Below, piece after piece: positions 1-13,266 of a DNA stretch of 64,000 nt. The first letter of the stretch is position 1. Each line of letters begins with the position of its first letter. Both the position numbers and the translations under genes were made by a program. The stretch comes from Cirrosporium novae-zelandiae (lineage: Eukaryota), in contig JAPETS010000002.1 of the NCBI GenBank assembly GCA_026023565.1, positions 248,001 through 312,000 on the forward strand, in the 5' to 3' direction. The notes beneath the pieces were generated by a model that worked only from the letters and a program-made list of their open reading frames with translations, did no database searches and was not told the origin of the DNA.

Positions 1-17
1 CTTCCCATTCAATTGCA

Positions 18-3000
18 ATGAACAGCTCTAAACCTTCACCGACCGCTCCATCCTTGAAGCGCAGCAAGACTCAACCTGCTCGCAAATTTCCTCCTCGAGA
101 AGCCTTCCCTCCACCTCGTCCTGATTTCGTCACAGATAGCGTCCTTATCGATAGTTCCCCATCGGTAAAAATCAGTCCGCCTAAAGGTGGAAGTGAAAGC
201 GTTAGTGGAAGTGGAAATGGACATGGAAATGGAACCCCAGATGGAAATCGAGGCGCTAGACCCACACCCAAGTCGCGGCAATCTACAGGAGGTACAAGGA
301 GACTTGCTGCTGCTTTCGCCGCTACTGCGCATATGAACGATGAGAATCAGAAGCCAAAGCCTACCACCGCTGCTTCGGCGATAAACGGGAGTGGAATTAT
401 GCATGGAAGACCTCAGGCTTTCAGGCACGGAAACTCGAAGTCTCTTGCTGGGTTTATGCAAGGAGATGTTACACCAAGTCCATCAAGAACACGACGAGAC
501 CGCCGCCTATCTCCGAAGTCAACCGCGTCTAGTCCTCCGAGAGGATCTCTTAGGTCACTTAGAGGACTTAGAAATTACCAGCGCTCCAACAAAGAAGGCA
601 GTCAAAAGTCTCATTCGGAAGACTATTTCGAAGACATCATGGGACTTGTGGATGAGCTAGCGGTCAATCAGCGATATATGGACTACGATCGTGAGCGCAA
701 CTTTGAAAGATCGCTTGAAACACCACCTTCACTCAAATGGCGGCGTGGTACTATGTACGACTCTCCAAGAACCAATGATATTGCTGAGTTGGAACAAGAA
801 AATGAGGCTCAGGATGGAGAAATGGACGTTTCCATCTCCGATCTTGGCTCGATGTCCAGTTTCTTTGATACTATGACAGACCGCGATCTGGCAGCTAAGT
901 TGGCGCAACATGCCAGGGACGAACAGAGAATGTCTGGTGCGATCTCCAGAAATACTCCGGTCTTTGGTAGATTTACAACTGAGCGACCAGGGTTGACATT
1001 TGAGAATTTGCAGCGCCGTGAGCAGGAAGAGAAGGCAAATACAACTATTACACCAGAAAAGAAGCTTCCGATAGCCGCGTCCTTACCCTTTGTAGGTTCG
1101 CCGAAGGACATCGAGGGAAGTATGGCTGGCTCGGAATGGTCAGGACGACAGAATGTACCAAGGGCTTGGGGGAGACATGGAAAAGCTAGGAAAGAATGGC
1201 TCAAAGAGATTAATCGCAATCGACGTAGCCAAACAGGAAGCCCGAATGATAGTGTTCTTGAAAGTTTCCCTCAAATCGAGAAGGCTCCCTTAAACCCTTC
1301 GGACCAACAAACAGAACAACCAGGTGATGACTGGGTTGTTGCGACAGCAGCTAATGTGCCTTTGCCCTCTACAGAAGGTAGCACATCTAGCCAAACCCCA
1401 GCTACTTCAGATTCCATTATTTCCTCAACCGGCTCTTTGGATAAGCTCAAGGAATGGGAGTATCTCGACCAAGATTTCACCGCCAGGTCACTGCAGGTTT
1501 CGCAGACGCCTACGATAAAGAGAAAAATAGATCGCATACAGGACGAAATCGATGCGCTGGAGAAACGAGGTGTTGCAAAAGGAATTCTTCTTAAAGTTCA
1601 CGGCAAGGCCTCGCTTGAGCAACTCCGGAGAACAAAGTCAAATCCAGAGTCAAATCCAGAGTCCAATGATGCAAATTTCGAGGACGAAACAAAATCAGTA
1701 CTAAATGAGCCACAGCCGCAATCGCAGCCAACAGGAGATTTACCCGCCAGTGGCAGCGTCATAGATGAAAAGGGTAATACACTTTCCGTCACCCCGGTCG
1801 TTGACGATAGATCTCGACCGAATTCTGTTTCTGAACACAATAATAACCTTGAAGCAGCTTTAGGAGAGGATGACACACTCAAATTAAAGACCCATTTCCG
1901 GCCACCTCTCGAGAAACAAGATTCAAGGGATGTCCTCCGTCGCCTATCTAGGGTTACAAGTGCCAGCCCCAATTCGCCAGGATCAAGTGCGGTGAGGTCA
2001 AGCTCGGCCCTCAACCATAGAGAGGCAGAAACCAGCACATTGGGTATCCGAGATCCAGAAAAGCATGGTAGAGCACATAGCGATGGTGAAATCGAGCTTC
2101 CGTCTACAATAAATATAGAAGAGACGCCCCAAATGCCGAAGAGGTTTCTTCCAGCTTTTGCGGCCAAAACACCAGTCGTCACCGGCGCATGGATTGATAC
2201 TCCTTATACACAACGCCAGGGACGTCCATCATCTATTCCATCTATCTCATCGAAACGAAGTTCGAAGAGAAGCAGTTTTGCCAACTTTTTTAGGTCTAAG
2301 AAGGCTATGTCTCGACAAGCTTCTCAAGAGCTGAAAGAAGAAACACCCGCAACCACAAATAATGACAAAATTACGGAAGACTTAGAGCGCCCAGAGCATC
2401 CCCGAAGCGCTTTAGAAGAAGTCATCACCGGAGCTAAAAAGGCAAAGTCGGACAAGTCCGAAAAATCAGTAAAAGATGGATACAATGAAGACGATATGCC
2501 TATTGGCGACGATACAATCGCCTCTCTAGAAGAACTCCTCCAAAACGGCGACGCAACTCTTACCGCCCTAGCCTTTTCTGATGGCGAGGAAACTGCAGGT
2601 GATGATAAATCCTTAGATTCTAAAGGTCGATCTCTTCACCGACGACGCGATTCTCCCGACCCTCTTTACTTCGAGCGCCTGAATTCCCGCCTTCGGCTCA
2701 CTGGTCTCAGCATCCGTGATACAAAGAGAGGGATCTCAAAATTGGAACATCAAGTTGCCCGTGGCGCTGGGGGTGAGGCCTGGAGTTGCAGTCACTGTGG
2801 CGGGAATCACGCTACCGGACTTCATACTGGACCTGGGGCAACAATTCATTTCCTCGCAATCCCAGTGCCAAAACTCTGGAACTGGAAACGCGGGAACTGG
2901 CTGCCTAGGCTTACATGGCTGGGATGGTTCGTGTTTACTTTGTTGGCTTGGTACACGACTGAGAACATGTTATGGTAAGTCTCCTTTAATCGTTTCTTCC

Positions 3001-3352
3001 CCATTTCCATCTTACTAATACCTCTTGTAGTGAGATATATTGTCACCCACTCTACGCTACCGAAATTTATAACTATGGCGTCGACCTTAATGCACCCCGC
3101 ATGCCCTGGGTGACTGTAACGATGCTCGGACGATGGACGCGACTGAGTCTTCTCCTCAAACCTCTCATGGTTCTTTTCCGATTCCTCGCACGGCTATTCG
3201 GTTACGGCGACGAAACCAGCACAGCACCCCCCAGCACTAGCAATTCCAGGATCTTCACCCCAAGGATGGTCGTACCGACCGTCGGTGTGCCTATACCAGG
3301 GATGGCCGCAGAAGAACAATGGCTCGGTATGAATGATGATGAATATTTATGA
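18..3352 (+). CDS. Large Ser/Arg-rich low-complexity hypothetical protein with a C-terminal coiled coil and hydrophobic segment; 2 exons (18-2974, 3031-3352)
   Basis: The 986-aa ORF ends at a GTAAGT donor (2975), with branch TACTAAT and TAG acceptor (3030). Splicing gives ...TTENMLC-EIYCHPLYATEIYNYGVDLNAPRMPW..., in frame with the 3101-3352 ORF. Hydrophobic stretch WLGWFVFTLLAWY. Confidence 0.75.
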
Positions 3353-4893
3353 TTTCCTTTTCTCGACAGAAGAAGAATAGGAAGAGGGATGGCCGTGACA
3401 CATTGTTATTGAATAAAGCATGTGTTTGTCCTACTTATATGGTGCTTATGGTTTGGATAATCGGTATTCCTCCGATGGCGTTTTCCTTCTTTCCTCCTTT
3501 TTTTTCTTCTTGTTTTTTTCTCACGGCGTTGGGAGTTTTGGAGGGACAAACCAAATACCAATGATTTGGAAATTTTCTGACTTTCTCTTTTGGGTATATA
3601 CCACACACTACGGGGCTGGAAACTGAATATGCACAAGGCTTCGATTTGAAACGAGCCTGGATTGTTTGGGTTAGGGGGTGTCTTTGCAACACCCAACGAT
3701 AACACCAACACAAAAGAACTAAAAAAAACAACAGCAGCAGCAGCAGGAAATGTCCAATTTAAGCCATATTGGACTTTTTATCTTTGTTTCTTTTTCTTCC
3801 TCTTCTTTCTTGAATCGCCCTCTTTCCCATCTAACTGGGACATGGGAAAGGAGAGGTGAGAAAGATAGGTGGACGGACGGATAGGCAAGCAAGCAGACAA
3901 ATGAAGGAGGGAAAAGAAAGTTGAAACTGAAACTGCAATAATAAGGAAGGAAAGAAAGGAAAAAATAATGCACCTGGGTCCTCCTCCACCACTACCGCCA
4001 CCGCCACCATCACCATCATTCATATATGCATGCATGCGATCATTATTGTTTTTGAATTGAACCAGCTACTCGAACCAAAACAAAAACAAGACGTCCCCTC
4101 CCTATCCATAAAATGCAGCATAGCATATTGATGATGATTCATTTTATTGTCTGCATGTCGCCTTGAGGTTATGGCGGACATTAGGTGTTGTGTTGTCAGC
4201 ATAGCACATCCAATGGCCTTCCTTTTCTTTCCTTCTATCTTTTCCTTAAAACTTAATGAAAAAAATCCTATTTTTTTTTGGATATACATATTATTATTAT
4301 CGCTATTATTATCCTTATTATTGTTAGGTACTTGATTTAGTTTCTAGTACTAGGGCTATTGGGATTAGGGACTTGGAATATTCAAAGAGAAAGAAAGAAA
4401 GAGGAGGAGGATTGCGCGCGAGCGCGAGGAAGGGATAGCTAGGGAGGAACAAGATGAGGAGGAAAGGGGGGAAGGGGGAAGGGGGAGGTACATCACAGTA
4501 CTGACACGTATTCGTACAATTCGTACAACCAACCAATGACGATTTTCTTTTATATATCCATCTACAATATCTATCTACGTTAATCGAAACCTACATCTAC
4601 ATCTACATTTACATCTACATTTATGTCTATCTACTTTGATCAACCAACTAGCAACCCGAAAGTGGAAGTGGAAGCGGAAGTACCATACGTTTTGTCATGG
4701 CCATACTCTCTTTTATTTCATTCCCTTTTTTCTTCACTCTTCTAGGATTGTAAATCTAATAACTCCATCATTGGGGTTCATCTAGTCCATTCATCGTCCC
4801 AGATCATACGCACACACACTCGAAATCTTGCTCTTTATTCCAACCTTTTATGTTTATTTACTTGCACCCCTTCGCTTCTTCGCCCCCTTACCC

Positions 4894-7680
4894 TTACATC
4901 CTCTCCACAGGATTTAACCCCAAAAGCACCATTCCATTCCCCAAAACCTGTCTCGCGGCCTCATAAAGCGCGCCCCTAGCAATCTTGACCTTCTCCTCAC
5001 TGCCCTTCACCTTAAGCACGTCGTAGCTGCTGCTCAGCAGATGGGTCATCTTGAACAGATATGTCAGTATCGTCTGGGGCTCCAGGGTCTTGAGCGTGTT
5101 TCCGACAACGTCGGGCCACTGGGATAAGGCACGGATGAGGTTTATGGCGTGGGGTTCGGTGAGGAGGGAGAGGTCTGCGGTTTCGAGGAGGATGTCTGCG
5201 GATGGGAGTTCGGATTTGCGCGTGATGCTGCAGAGGCGGGCGTGGGCGTACTGGAGGTAGGGGCCTGTGTCGCCTTCGAAGGATGTCATTCGTTCGAGGC
5301 TGAATTCGTAGTTGTTGATTCGTTTTCCTGACATGTCTTGCACCATGACGGCGCTGATGCCGAGGGTGTCGGCTGTGGCTTCCGGGTCTTCGACTTGCTC
5401 GTATTTGGTTTGGTTTTTTTTCATCACCTCGTGCATCTTGTCGCCGACGTCGCGGAGGATATCGTCGAGAAACTTGACAGTGCCTTTTCGGGTCGACATT
5501 CCCAAGACCATTCCGAAGTTTACGTGTTGGCAGCGTTCAGCGATGTCTTTTCTACCGATTAGCTTGGTGACCTTGAAGAGCTGCGAGAGATGTAAATCCT
5601 GTTGGGATGCGACCACGTAGATCATTTTGTCAAAATGATAGTCGTCGAATCGCTCGAGTATGGCACCCATGTCTCGAGTGAGATAGAGGGGTGTGCCGTC
5701 TTTCCTGACAATGATAGCTTTCTCCAGCTTCTTGGCACCATGCTTCTCAAAGTCGACGATAACCGCCCCTTGGGATTCCTCCGCGATCTTCCTCTCCATA
5801 AGTTCTTTATAAGAGCGCTCCATGCTCTCGTGCTTAATTTGTGATTCGCCCGAGTAGACATCGTATTCGATATTGAGACGAGCATATGTCTGCTTGTACT
5901 TTTCAATACTCAGATCTCGGAACTTTTTCCACAGCGCAAGGGCTTCTGGGTCGCCGTCTTCCATACTCTTGAAGTACTTCCTAGCCTTCTCGTCCTCGGA
6001 AGCTGCAATTTTCTCATTCAATTGCTTCTCAAGGGGCTCCGCGTTCTTTTCCGCTTTTTCAGCCGCTTCCTTCATCGCACCAAGTTGACCCTGGAGTTTC
6101 GAAATCTCCTCGTCATTAGCATCAAGAGCTCTTTGCGCCTCTTCCAGTAAAATCTCTAAGCTCGCAGGATTTACTTTCTTTCCTTTACTCTTTTTCGCAG
6201 AGGCAATCTGTGCCTTCAACAGCTTGATTCCCGCTTTCTCCTCAATTTTCTTCTCGAGAGTTGCAGTATCCTTCCTAGACTCTTTGGCCGAAGCAAGCTC
6301 TTTTTTCAAATGCTTAATCTCTTCCTTTGTTGCTATTTCCTTTTCCATTGCTGCAAGATCAGTAATAGGCTTCTTCGCCGCAACGATATCTGCCCTCAAC
6401 TGCTTTATCTTATCATCCTCTGGGCCCTTTAGCTGATTGATCTTAACATAGACCTCGAACAGATGATTGATAGGGTCTTTTTGCAATGCCTCATCGCTTC
6501 CGAACTTCTTGTATCCCTGGGCTAGTAGTCCATATTGTTTGCCCCCTAGATGTTGTTAGATCCATTCAAGCTGTAGGAATGTATTGGTGGAGACTTACAA
6601 TCCCCTAAGTAATTGATCCGAATAACTTCCCATCCCGATGCCCTGTATAGTTTCGAAAGGAATCCCCCAATAATGGTACTTCGAAGATGACCTGCATGAA
6701 AGGGCTATTTCTACTTAGCTTCAAGTAATCAACTTTCAAGCACAGAAGGGAGTTTAGATGCATCATGGAAGCAAAAATGCTCTGCCAACTTCTGCTGATC
6801 CAGCTCATATTTACACAATACATTCCAGCACCTTTTGCGCCACACCTAAATTTATCGCACATACCTTTGCAATGTTCGGAGAGGAGAATTCAACAATAAT
6901 TTTTTTTCTGCCCTTGGAGGGGTCTGTAGGATCACGCAAGCCGTGATGTCCATTTGTCCCATAGCTGGTTTTGTCTTTCAGGATCGAAGATATGACAGTT
7001 TGAGTAAGACCCTGGTGTTTAAAAAAGAATTGTAAAAATGTTCCGCTGTAGGTAGGTTTCTCAACGAGATCAGACTCAGGGAACTAGAAATTCTATTTGT
7101 CAGTAGCCATTACTGACCAGAGAGCAAGGTGCATAAATGCAGACACAAGCATATGGAACTGAAGGCTTACCTTTTCTGCCCACTCTTTCGCAAGGTCTGT
7201 TGGCTTCTTCCCTTTCACACCTAATGCTGGGACCGGCAGCATCAAGTCGCCTTTATCGAACGTTTGCGTCCATAATAACTTGGGGTAAATAGTCTTTGCA
7301 TCCACACCTGTGATAGCACCTAGGGCTTCTGAGATGTGCGCTCTATATCGATCCACCGGATTAAGACTCGGGTAACAATTTGGGAATTGCGATTTATCAT
7401 CAATCGCTAGCGCTCCAAAGGATTGTTGGGCGGCTGCGACAGCGGGGGTAGTTGCCATGGTGCACTTAGGGTATATCCTCAATGCATATGCTGCAGGTTT
7501 TGAGAATTTACTTGTCGGGAATGCCCCACGGCGGGGGAAGAAATAGGCGTGGGTTGTTCTGTTTAGACGTGTATGGAGGTTGCAAAGGCCTCGAGAACCT
7601 GGGGAAATTGTAAATTTTGAAGTGTAAAGTGACTGATAAGAAGAAAGAGAAAAGGGAAGTTTAAGGTAGTTCATTAACAT
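4894..7680 (-). CDS. Arginyl-tRNA synthetase (class I); 4 exons, introns 7084-7170, 6705-6864, 6546-6598; ATG 7458 (cytosolic form) and in-frame upstream ATG 7680 (putative mitochondrial form)
   Basis: The spliced product reads [27 protein letters not shown] (HIGH motif), [35 protein letters not shown] and C-terminal LGLNPVERM, all typical of ArgRS. All three introns are GT-AG and restore the frame. Confidence 0.96.
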
Positions 7681-7696
7681 AGAAATTATTGGCTAT

Positions 7697-7703
7697 TGAC
7701 TCA
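7697..7703. promoter_or_regulatory. Gcn4/CpcA/CPC-1 response element TGACTCA upstream of ArgRS
   Basis: Exact TGACTCA 17 nt upstream of ATG 7680 and about 240 nt upstream of ATG 7458. Aminoacyl-tRNA synthetases are known targets of cross-pathway control. Confidence 0.55.
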
Positions 7704-10700
7704 TGCGACGACTTTTCACAGCGCAAAACGTTTACATCGGGCAGCTTGCAACGGGAATTCTATTATCCGCAGCCTGAGGCACGCAGGCATCAACTAGCAA
7801 TCGCTACCCAAAACCAGTACAGAAATAATATATTTTCGTACCCATTTGTCAACATCTATTTCACTTAGAAGGCCATCCATAATCCCCAAGTAGGGAGCCA
7901 TCTTTGAAATATCAAGATCCTAAAATTTTATGTTCGGTAACAAATCTCAAGGGTTGCAGAGATTTTAATAGCTATCAACCTCGAAACCAAGTCTCTGGCA
8001 CGGTGGATACAATTGACTAAGCAAGGACAGTCGTACAGAAATCTCAGATGTAATAGGATAATATATTAAGTCTATTAAATAGTTCGGCACTCGATAATTA
8101 TCAAAAGAAATAAAGCAGTTCGATAATTAAAGTAGGAATTTCATATCTTGTGTTTGAGAGACAAGACGACACCAGATTAAACAATATGATTAGAGCAAGG
8201 CCCGAGCTCCAATAGTAGACCATGGCTCTAATTTCCACCGTGGCAGAATCAGATCTCTAAATCTCTACCATGTACCTTATATACAGTATGCCTTAATATA
8301 TCTCAGTTCCATGGATAGATGAGCACTGTGGACCGTCCATCCAGGTCCAGCAATAACCACGTTCCGAAACTAGAGCCAAGGGCTAAAATCCTGCCAATGT
8401 TACCAAGAGAAAGAGGCGCCAGCAATTTGAATGACATAACGCTGGAAGGGCCAGAATCTCCCAGACATAGCAGGTAGATACTGTGCACACCTAGGGTTAT
8501 CGTAGTTAGCCAAGCACTCGAAAGGGGTAGAAAAATAGTTTAAAGCCTTGCTGAACATTTGGGATTCGTCATCTGATTATGGAAACAAGGTAAAATGATG
8601 GTCGTTAATAGGTGTTGTTATAGTCCCCAGCACGTTCTTGTCACCTGCCCGTAGCTATATTGACCCGTGATCTTGCTACTGCAAGATATAGTGCTCTTAT
8701 TCTAGCGTATGAATATCCGATTCTGCATATCCATGATCCACAGGCCAGGAAAATAAAGTTTAGTCCTCGCTGTCGGACAGTAGACTTGAGGATATGTAGA
8801 AAATAGTTGTGGCAAGTCTGTTATCTTTTTCGACGGTTGGGTCATGTAACCAAGTCCACTTTCGAGAGGGTTTTGGCCTGTGTTGATTATTTAATCTCTT
8901 CTTTCAATACAGAGGAAACTTCAGAGACACAAGGACAAAATCTGGTCAATGGCGCTTTTGCAAGCAAAGTCAACGTCAGAAGATGTATGCTAAATACCTA
9001 CCTTTTTCTCAACCCCTAGACATTATTAAATTCTCTTTTTGTGATAGAAATCTCCCTGGTGTGAGTTACTAGAAAGGTAGTAGCTCACTGCTGCCATATA
9101 ATCCTAGGCTGAGATCACACGGCATATAGTTGGGAGAGAAATCTGTCAGTCGGCAGGGATCCTCCCGGTGAGGTCAACTAGAAGACTTCATTAAGATAAT
9201 AGGGTACGGCCAAGCTCCCCCTCTCTTATCCACATGGTATTCACCGTATGATAAGGTCTGCTGGGCTTGAAGGTGATATCTGAAGATCAACAACCAAGGA
9301 CAAAAGAAAGATCCGAAGGTGCGATGCAAAAAAAAAAAACCATTGAGCGTCTCGCTGCATGAAATCCATCTCATGTAGGCAGGGGGGGATAGTTTGGTGG
9401 TGGTAGTTTTGTGGTGGTTTGCATAAAGGATTGAAATTGACTGTTAAGACTGGAGGTGGTTAGAAAGTGGATCCAGACCACCTTATTTAGTCCGCCAAGT
9501 CGATTTAGTTAATTACTCTGCTGACTCTGCTTACGTACTTGCCCCTCCATGCCCCTCCAAACTCAAAGGCACGTGCCACTCCCTCGCCAAGTCTTACCCC
9601 ACACACACTAAAGCAAATCCCATCGAACTTTATATAAAGATGCCACCATCCCACTCATCGCCTTAAAGCGTATTCAGAGTTCAAATTCTAGCTGGAAAAG
9701 GCTTCCACTTGAGAAAAAATATCCGCTGTTGAGAATTTCCCGAAATGGAATTAGGGTCTTTAAAGGAAAATCAAGATCTGCGGATCGACTCCCGTTGGGA
9801 AATCCTGTTTCAGCAGATAATCAACCACCAACGGACAAATAATTTAATTCATCGATAAACATCAGAGTTTAATGCACATTGCGCAATTTCCTATCAGTCC
9901 TGTTGATAAGAAGCCATCACACCGCTTAAGAGGCAATGAAATCGTTGCTAACGTTAAGGTCGTCCATACAGAAGCCAGTAGGAGTCTGATCGCCGATTTA
10001 CACCTCCGGAACGAACATCAATATTCCTAGACGAGGACTACAAAAATGTTAAGGAAACTCTGTAGATACCCAGGCACCCCGGAAGAGGCAGAACCCAATT
10101 CTTGAAAATGCATCGTAAATTTATGGGTCTAATGGGTCTACTAGGATTCTACCATAGTTATGAATGCGGAGGCACATCAGTAAATGTTAATCTCTTTAGA
10201 TTGGATAGCACACTGGTAGCTAGGTAGCGCACTTTTTCTTAGGTACAAGGAGCATCATAGGCCATCACACAAGGCTCCCCATTTTGGAGCCCGCCCAGAA
10301 AGATGAAATTTCCCACCCCTGACTCCAAAAGTCCCCAGATTCATTCCTTCATTCCATTCCTTCGTCCATTGCATGGCCTCAAGGTAGGAGAAGAGAGCAT
10401 CGTAAAAACAGTAACAGAAAAACACGATAGAAACGTAACTGAACCATAAACTCCGTCATCTCGTACTGCTAAAACTTTTTGTGTCCACGAGAGTAGCCAG
10501 AACAGCCAGCTAAACGGAGTAGAGCAAATGACGTGTTCTGTAATGCTGAACCCGACCGCCGCAAGAATGGAAAAACAACAGTAAATACCTCGACGCCTGG
10601 CTCAATCTATGCACAAACGCCTGCCAAAATCGAAGACCGAGAAAAATCATGCAGGAAAAACAACACGCTCGAAATACATGAGGCCCACCTCCATAAGAAG

Positions 10701-10914
10701 CATTAAAGGAAACCCGACTTTTCTTTGGGTCTGCATGTACTGAAGAATTTGATAAAGGCTCACTTTGTTCATTGTTAACAAGAGAGTTGTTTCCCGTCGT
10801 CACACTAAACAGGAATTCGTGGGCTTTTTGCGGCCCATCAAGAGGACGTAACCCCATAAGCTAAAAGATATCGCGGGGGAGTCATAAATAAACTCCAATA
10901 TTATCCATCTTTAT

Positions 10915-13266
10915 TCAACCGCGGATTGCAGTAGGAGCTGGAGAATCAAATAGGCCCGGCTGCATCGTTTGGTAGGGGAATGCTAGCGAGACTGGAGATC
11001 CAGAACGGGAGGCAAAGTCCCCAAAGTCAGACCCCGCTTTTGGAACAGGGGAAGTCGAACGAACTAACGTCGGACTAGAGCTGCGAAACAAAAAAGAGTC
11101 CTCCATGTGGGGAGAGGTAGGACCAGCCTTAGCGTTGCGTTCAGGGCGAAACTTAGAAACCAGCGCGTCTTCCATGGGACCATCTGTCTGGACAATCTTG
11201 TCTTCCTCCGATGGGGAAGGAGCCTTTTCTAGTTGAGGGGTGGACTTGTGGGATCCAAACTGCATCGACTATTAGCACACCTGTCTGGTCTAAGGATCCT
11301 AGGTATTTCGAGGACGTACGAAGCAATACTTGTTAAGAAGTTCATGATAAGAGGAGGATTGCATGGAAGGCTTCTCTGACATTAGTGCCGATGGCTTAGG
11401 ATGGTGAGTTGCTGTATAAGTATCGGTTGCCGTAGTAAAACCACTTGAGCCAACTTTGTTCATATTAAACATTGGGTTGGGGGATGGCCTCCGAGCAATA
11501 AGATTCTTTGCTGAATATGCTCCTACATCACGTTCCATTTCTTGGGGGGGCGACCCGGTGCCTCGTTCCCCCATATTTTGCATGGCAGCACTCAAAGAGG
11601 CGGAAAAGTCATAGCGGTTCCCAAAGGCTTGCCCAGTAGCATTATTTCGTTTAACTGGAGCACCAGCCACCAGCTCGTCCTTCGACTGAGGTTTCTTGAG
11701 TCGAATAGGGGCATCTTCGAACGAACGAGGTGGAGCTGGGTCAAATGGCCCGAAATTTGTATCAAACCCGTGAGCAAAATCATCAAAAGAAACAGGCATA
11801 GAACGAGGACGTGTGACGGTAGAAGGTTGAGGCCGACTTCGAGGCAAGGAATGCAGCGTACGCGAGCCTACTCCTTGCTTGCCCTGGAACGGCTTTGGCT
11901 TCTTTGTGAAATCAACCTGATAGTTTAATGATCGATTGTTGTCCCAAAGCTCTATTCCATTCACGTTATAACGCACACAGAAGAACAATGTTTTCGTTTC
12001 AAGGTTAGCTTGGTCAGCAAGCTTAATGGTGAAAGAAAAGCGATCACGCCCATCATGTGCCTGCTTACGACGAACATCTTGAGTGTATTCTGCCATGACT
12101 TCGGAGGTCGTTTTCCAATAATCTAGAGTGAACCTCACCGTAACAGACTTGTTGAAAGCAATATTCTGCACAGATACAGTGCCCACTAGGTTCTTGTTAT
12201 CTGAAGACAAAAAGATTCGTTCAACGGTGACTGGTTCTGCCTTGCGATCTACAGCATCAGAGGAAAAGTTGGCTAATCGAAGCTCCCACTCAAATGGAGG
12301 AGTGCGGAATTGATCATTCCCACCGAAGGGGAATTCAAGCTCATTCTCGTACATGTCCACGGGGGAGGAGCCTGCACTGACAGCAGTAGGTTTATCTACC
12401 TGGAGGAAATGTCGGACATGCTCCAGATGTGAATCAAAGTGTACACTTTTCGAGAATGTTGGAGTGCCTGGCATGCTTGATGGCCGCCTTCGAGATGGAG
12501 GTCGAAGTGAGGGCCGCACCAACTCGCCGGATTTTTTGCGAACCATAGGTGGTTTCTCAGAGAAATCTTCATCGTCACTATCACTAGATGATCCAGAAGG
12601 TTTGCTGTCAACAGAGTAAGATATTGCATCTTGGGTTGCTGACCGAGAGTGAGATATTCGTCGAGCTTCTTTGGATAATGGGGGTCTGAGAGCCACATCA
12701 GATGAGGCTGTCTGCGTCTTGCCGCCTACGGGGCCCCCGCTCTGGACATCATCCCAGTGCCGATGAGGGGAGCCTCCACGAGGGTGTTGCATAATCTTGA
12801 TTGCTGCTTCAAGCTCAGCGAAGCTTGACAACTCACGCGCTCGACTTCTCGAATTCTCTTCATCGTCGCTGGAACTATGGGTAGAATCTGGTGGAGATAC
12901 TAACGCACCTGGAGGAATGAATGAGTCGCTCACAGGGGGAGGTGATTGGCGAAGACTGCCATTCACGTCTGTCTTGCTCTGCCTCCGAGAGGCAGTGGGT
13001 GAACTGCCATATTGGCCCAAGCACTTTACCTCGTTTGTGTTGGAATCGGCAAAAGTAGTATTCGGTTTAGATATGGAAGGGCTTCTTCGGTGCTTGTGTA
13101 GGTATGTAGTCGACGAGGCTGAACGAGGAAGGCTTGGTCTTCGACCGCCATTCTGGATCGGGCTGCCTTCCAACTTCGGCCTGGTTTGCGAGGCAAGACG
13201 GCCGACATCTGAAGTCTTCAGGTGTGTAGCAATTGGTGATTGCTGGGAAGGGGGAGTGTAAGGCAT
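10915..13266 (-). CDS. GAC1: Protein phosphatase 1 glycogen-targeting regulatory subunit (Gac1-like, CBM21 domain); 2 exons, intron 11260-11319
   Basis: RVxF-type motif KSVHF and CBM21 signature GTVSVQNIAFNKSVTVRFTLDYW...WDNNRSLNY. The intron GTACGT...GCTAAT...CAG joins NKYCF to FGSHK. Confidence 0.88.

Noticed and set aside
3349..4536. Cluster of 60-100-aa ORFs downstream of the first gene
   Set aside because: They are translations of low-complexity poly-A/T UTR and intergenic sequence on both strands, with no protein signal.
6705..6864. Longer (160-nt) ArgRS intron as a possible box C/D snoRNA host
   Set aside because: ATGATG is present, but there is no full RTGATGA box C and no downstream CTGA box D.
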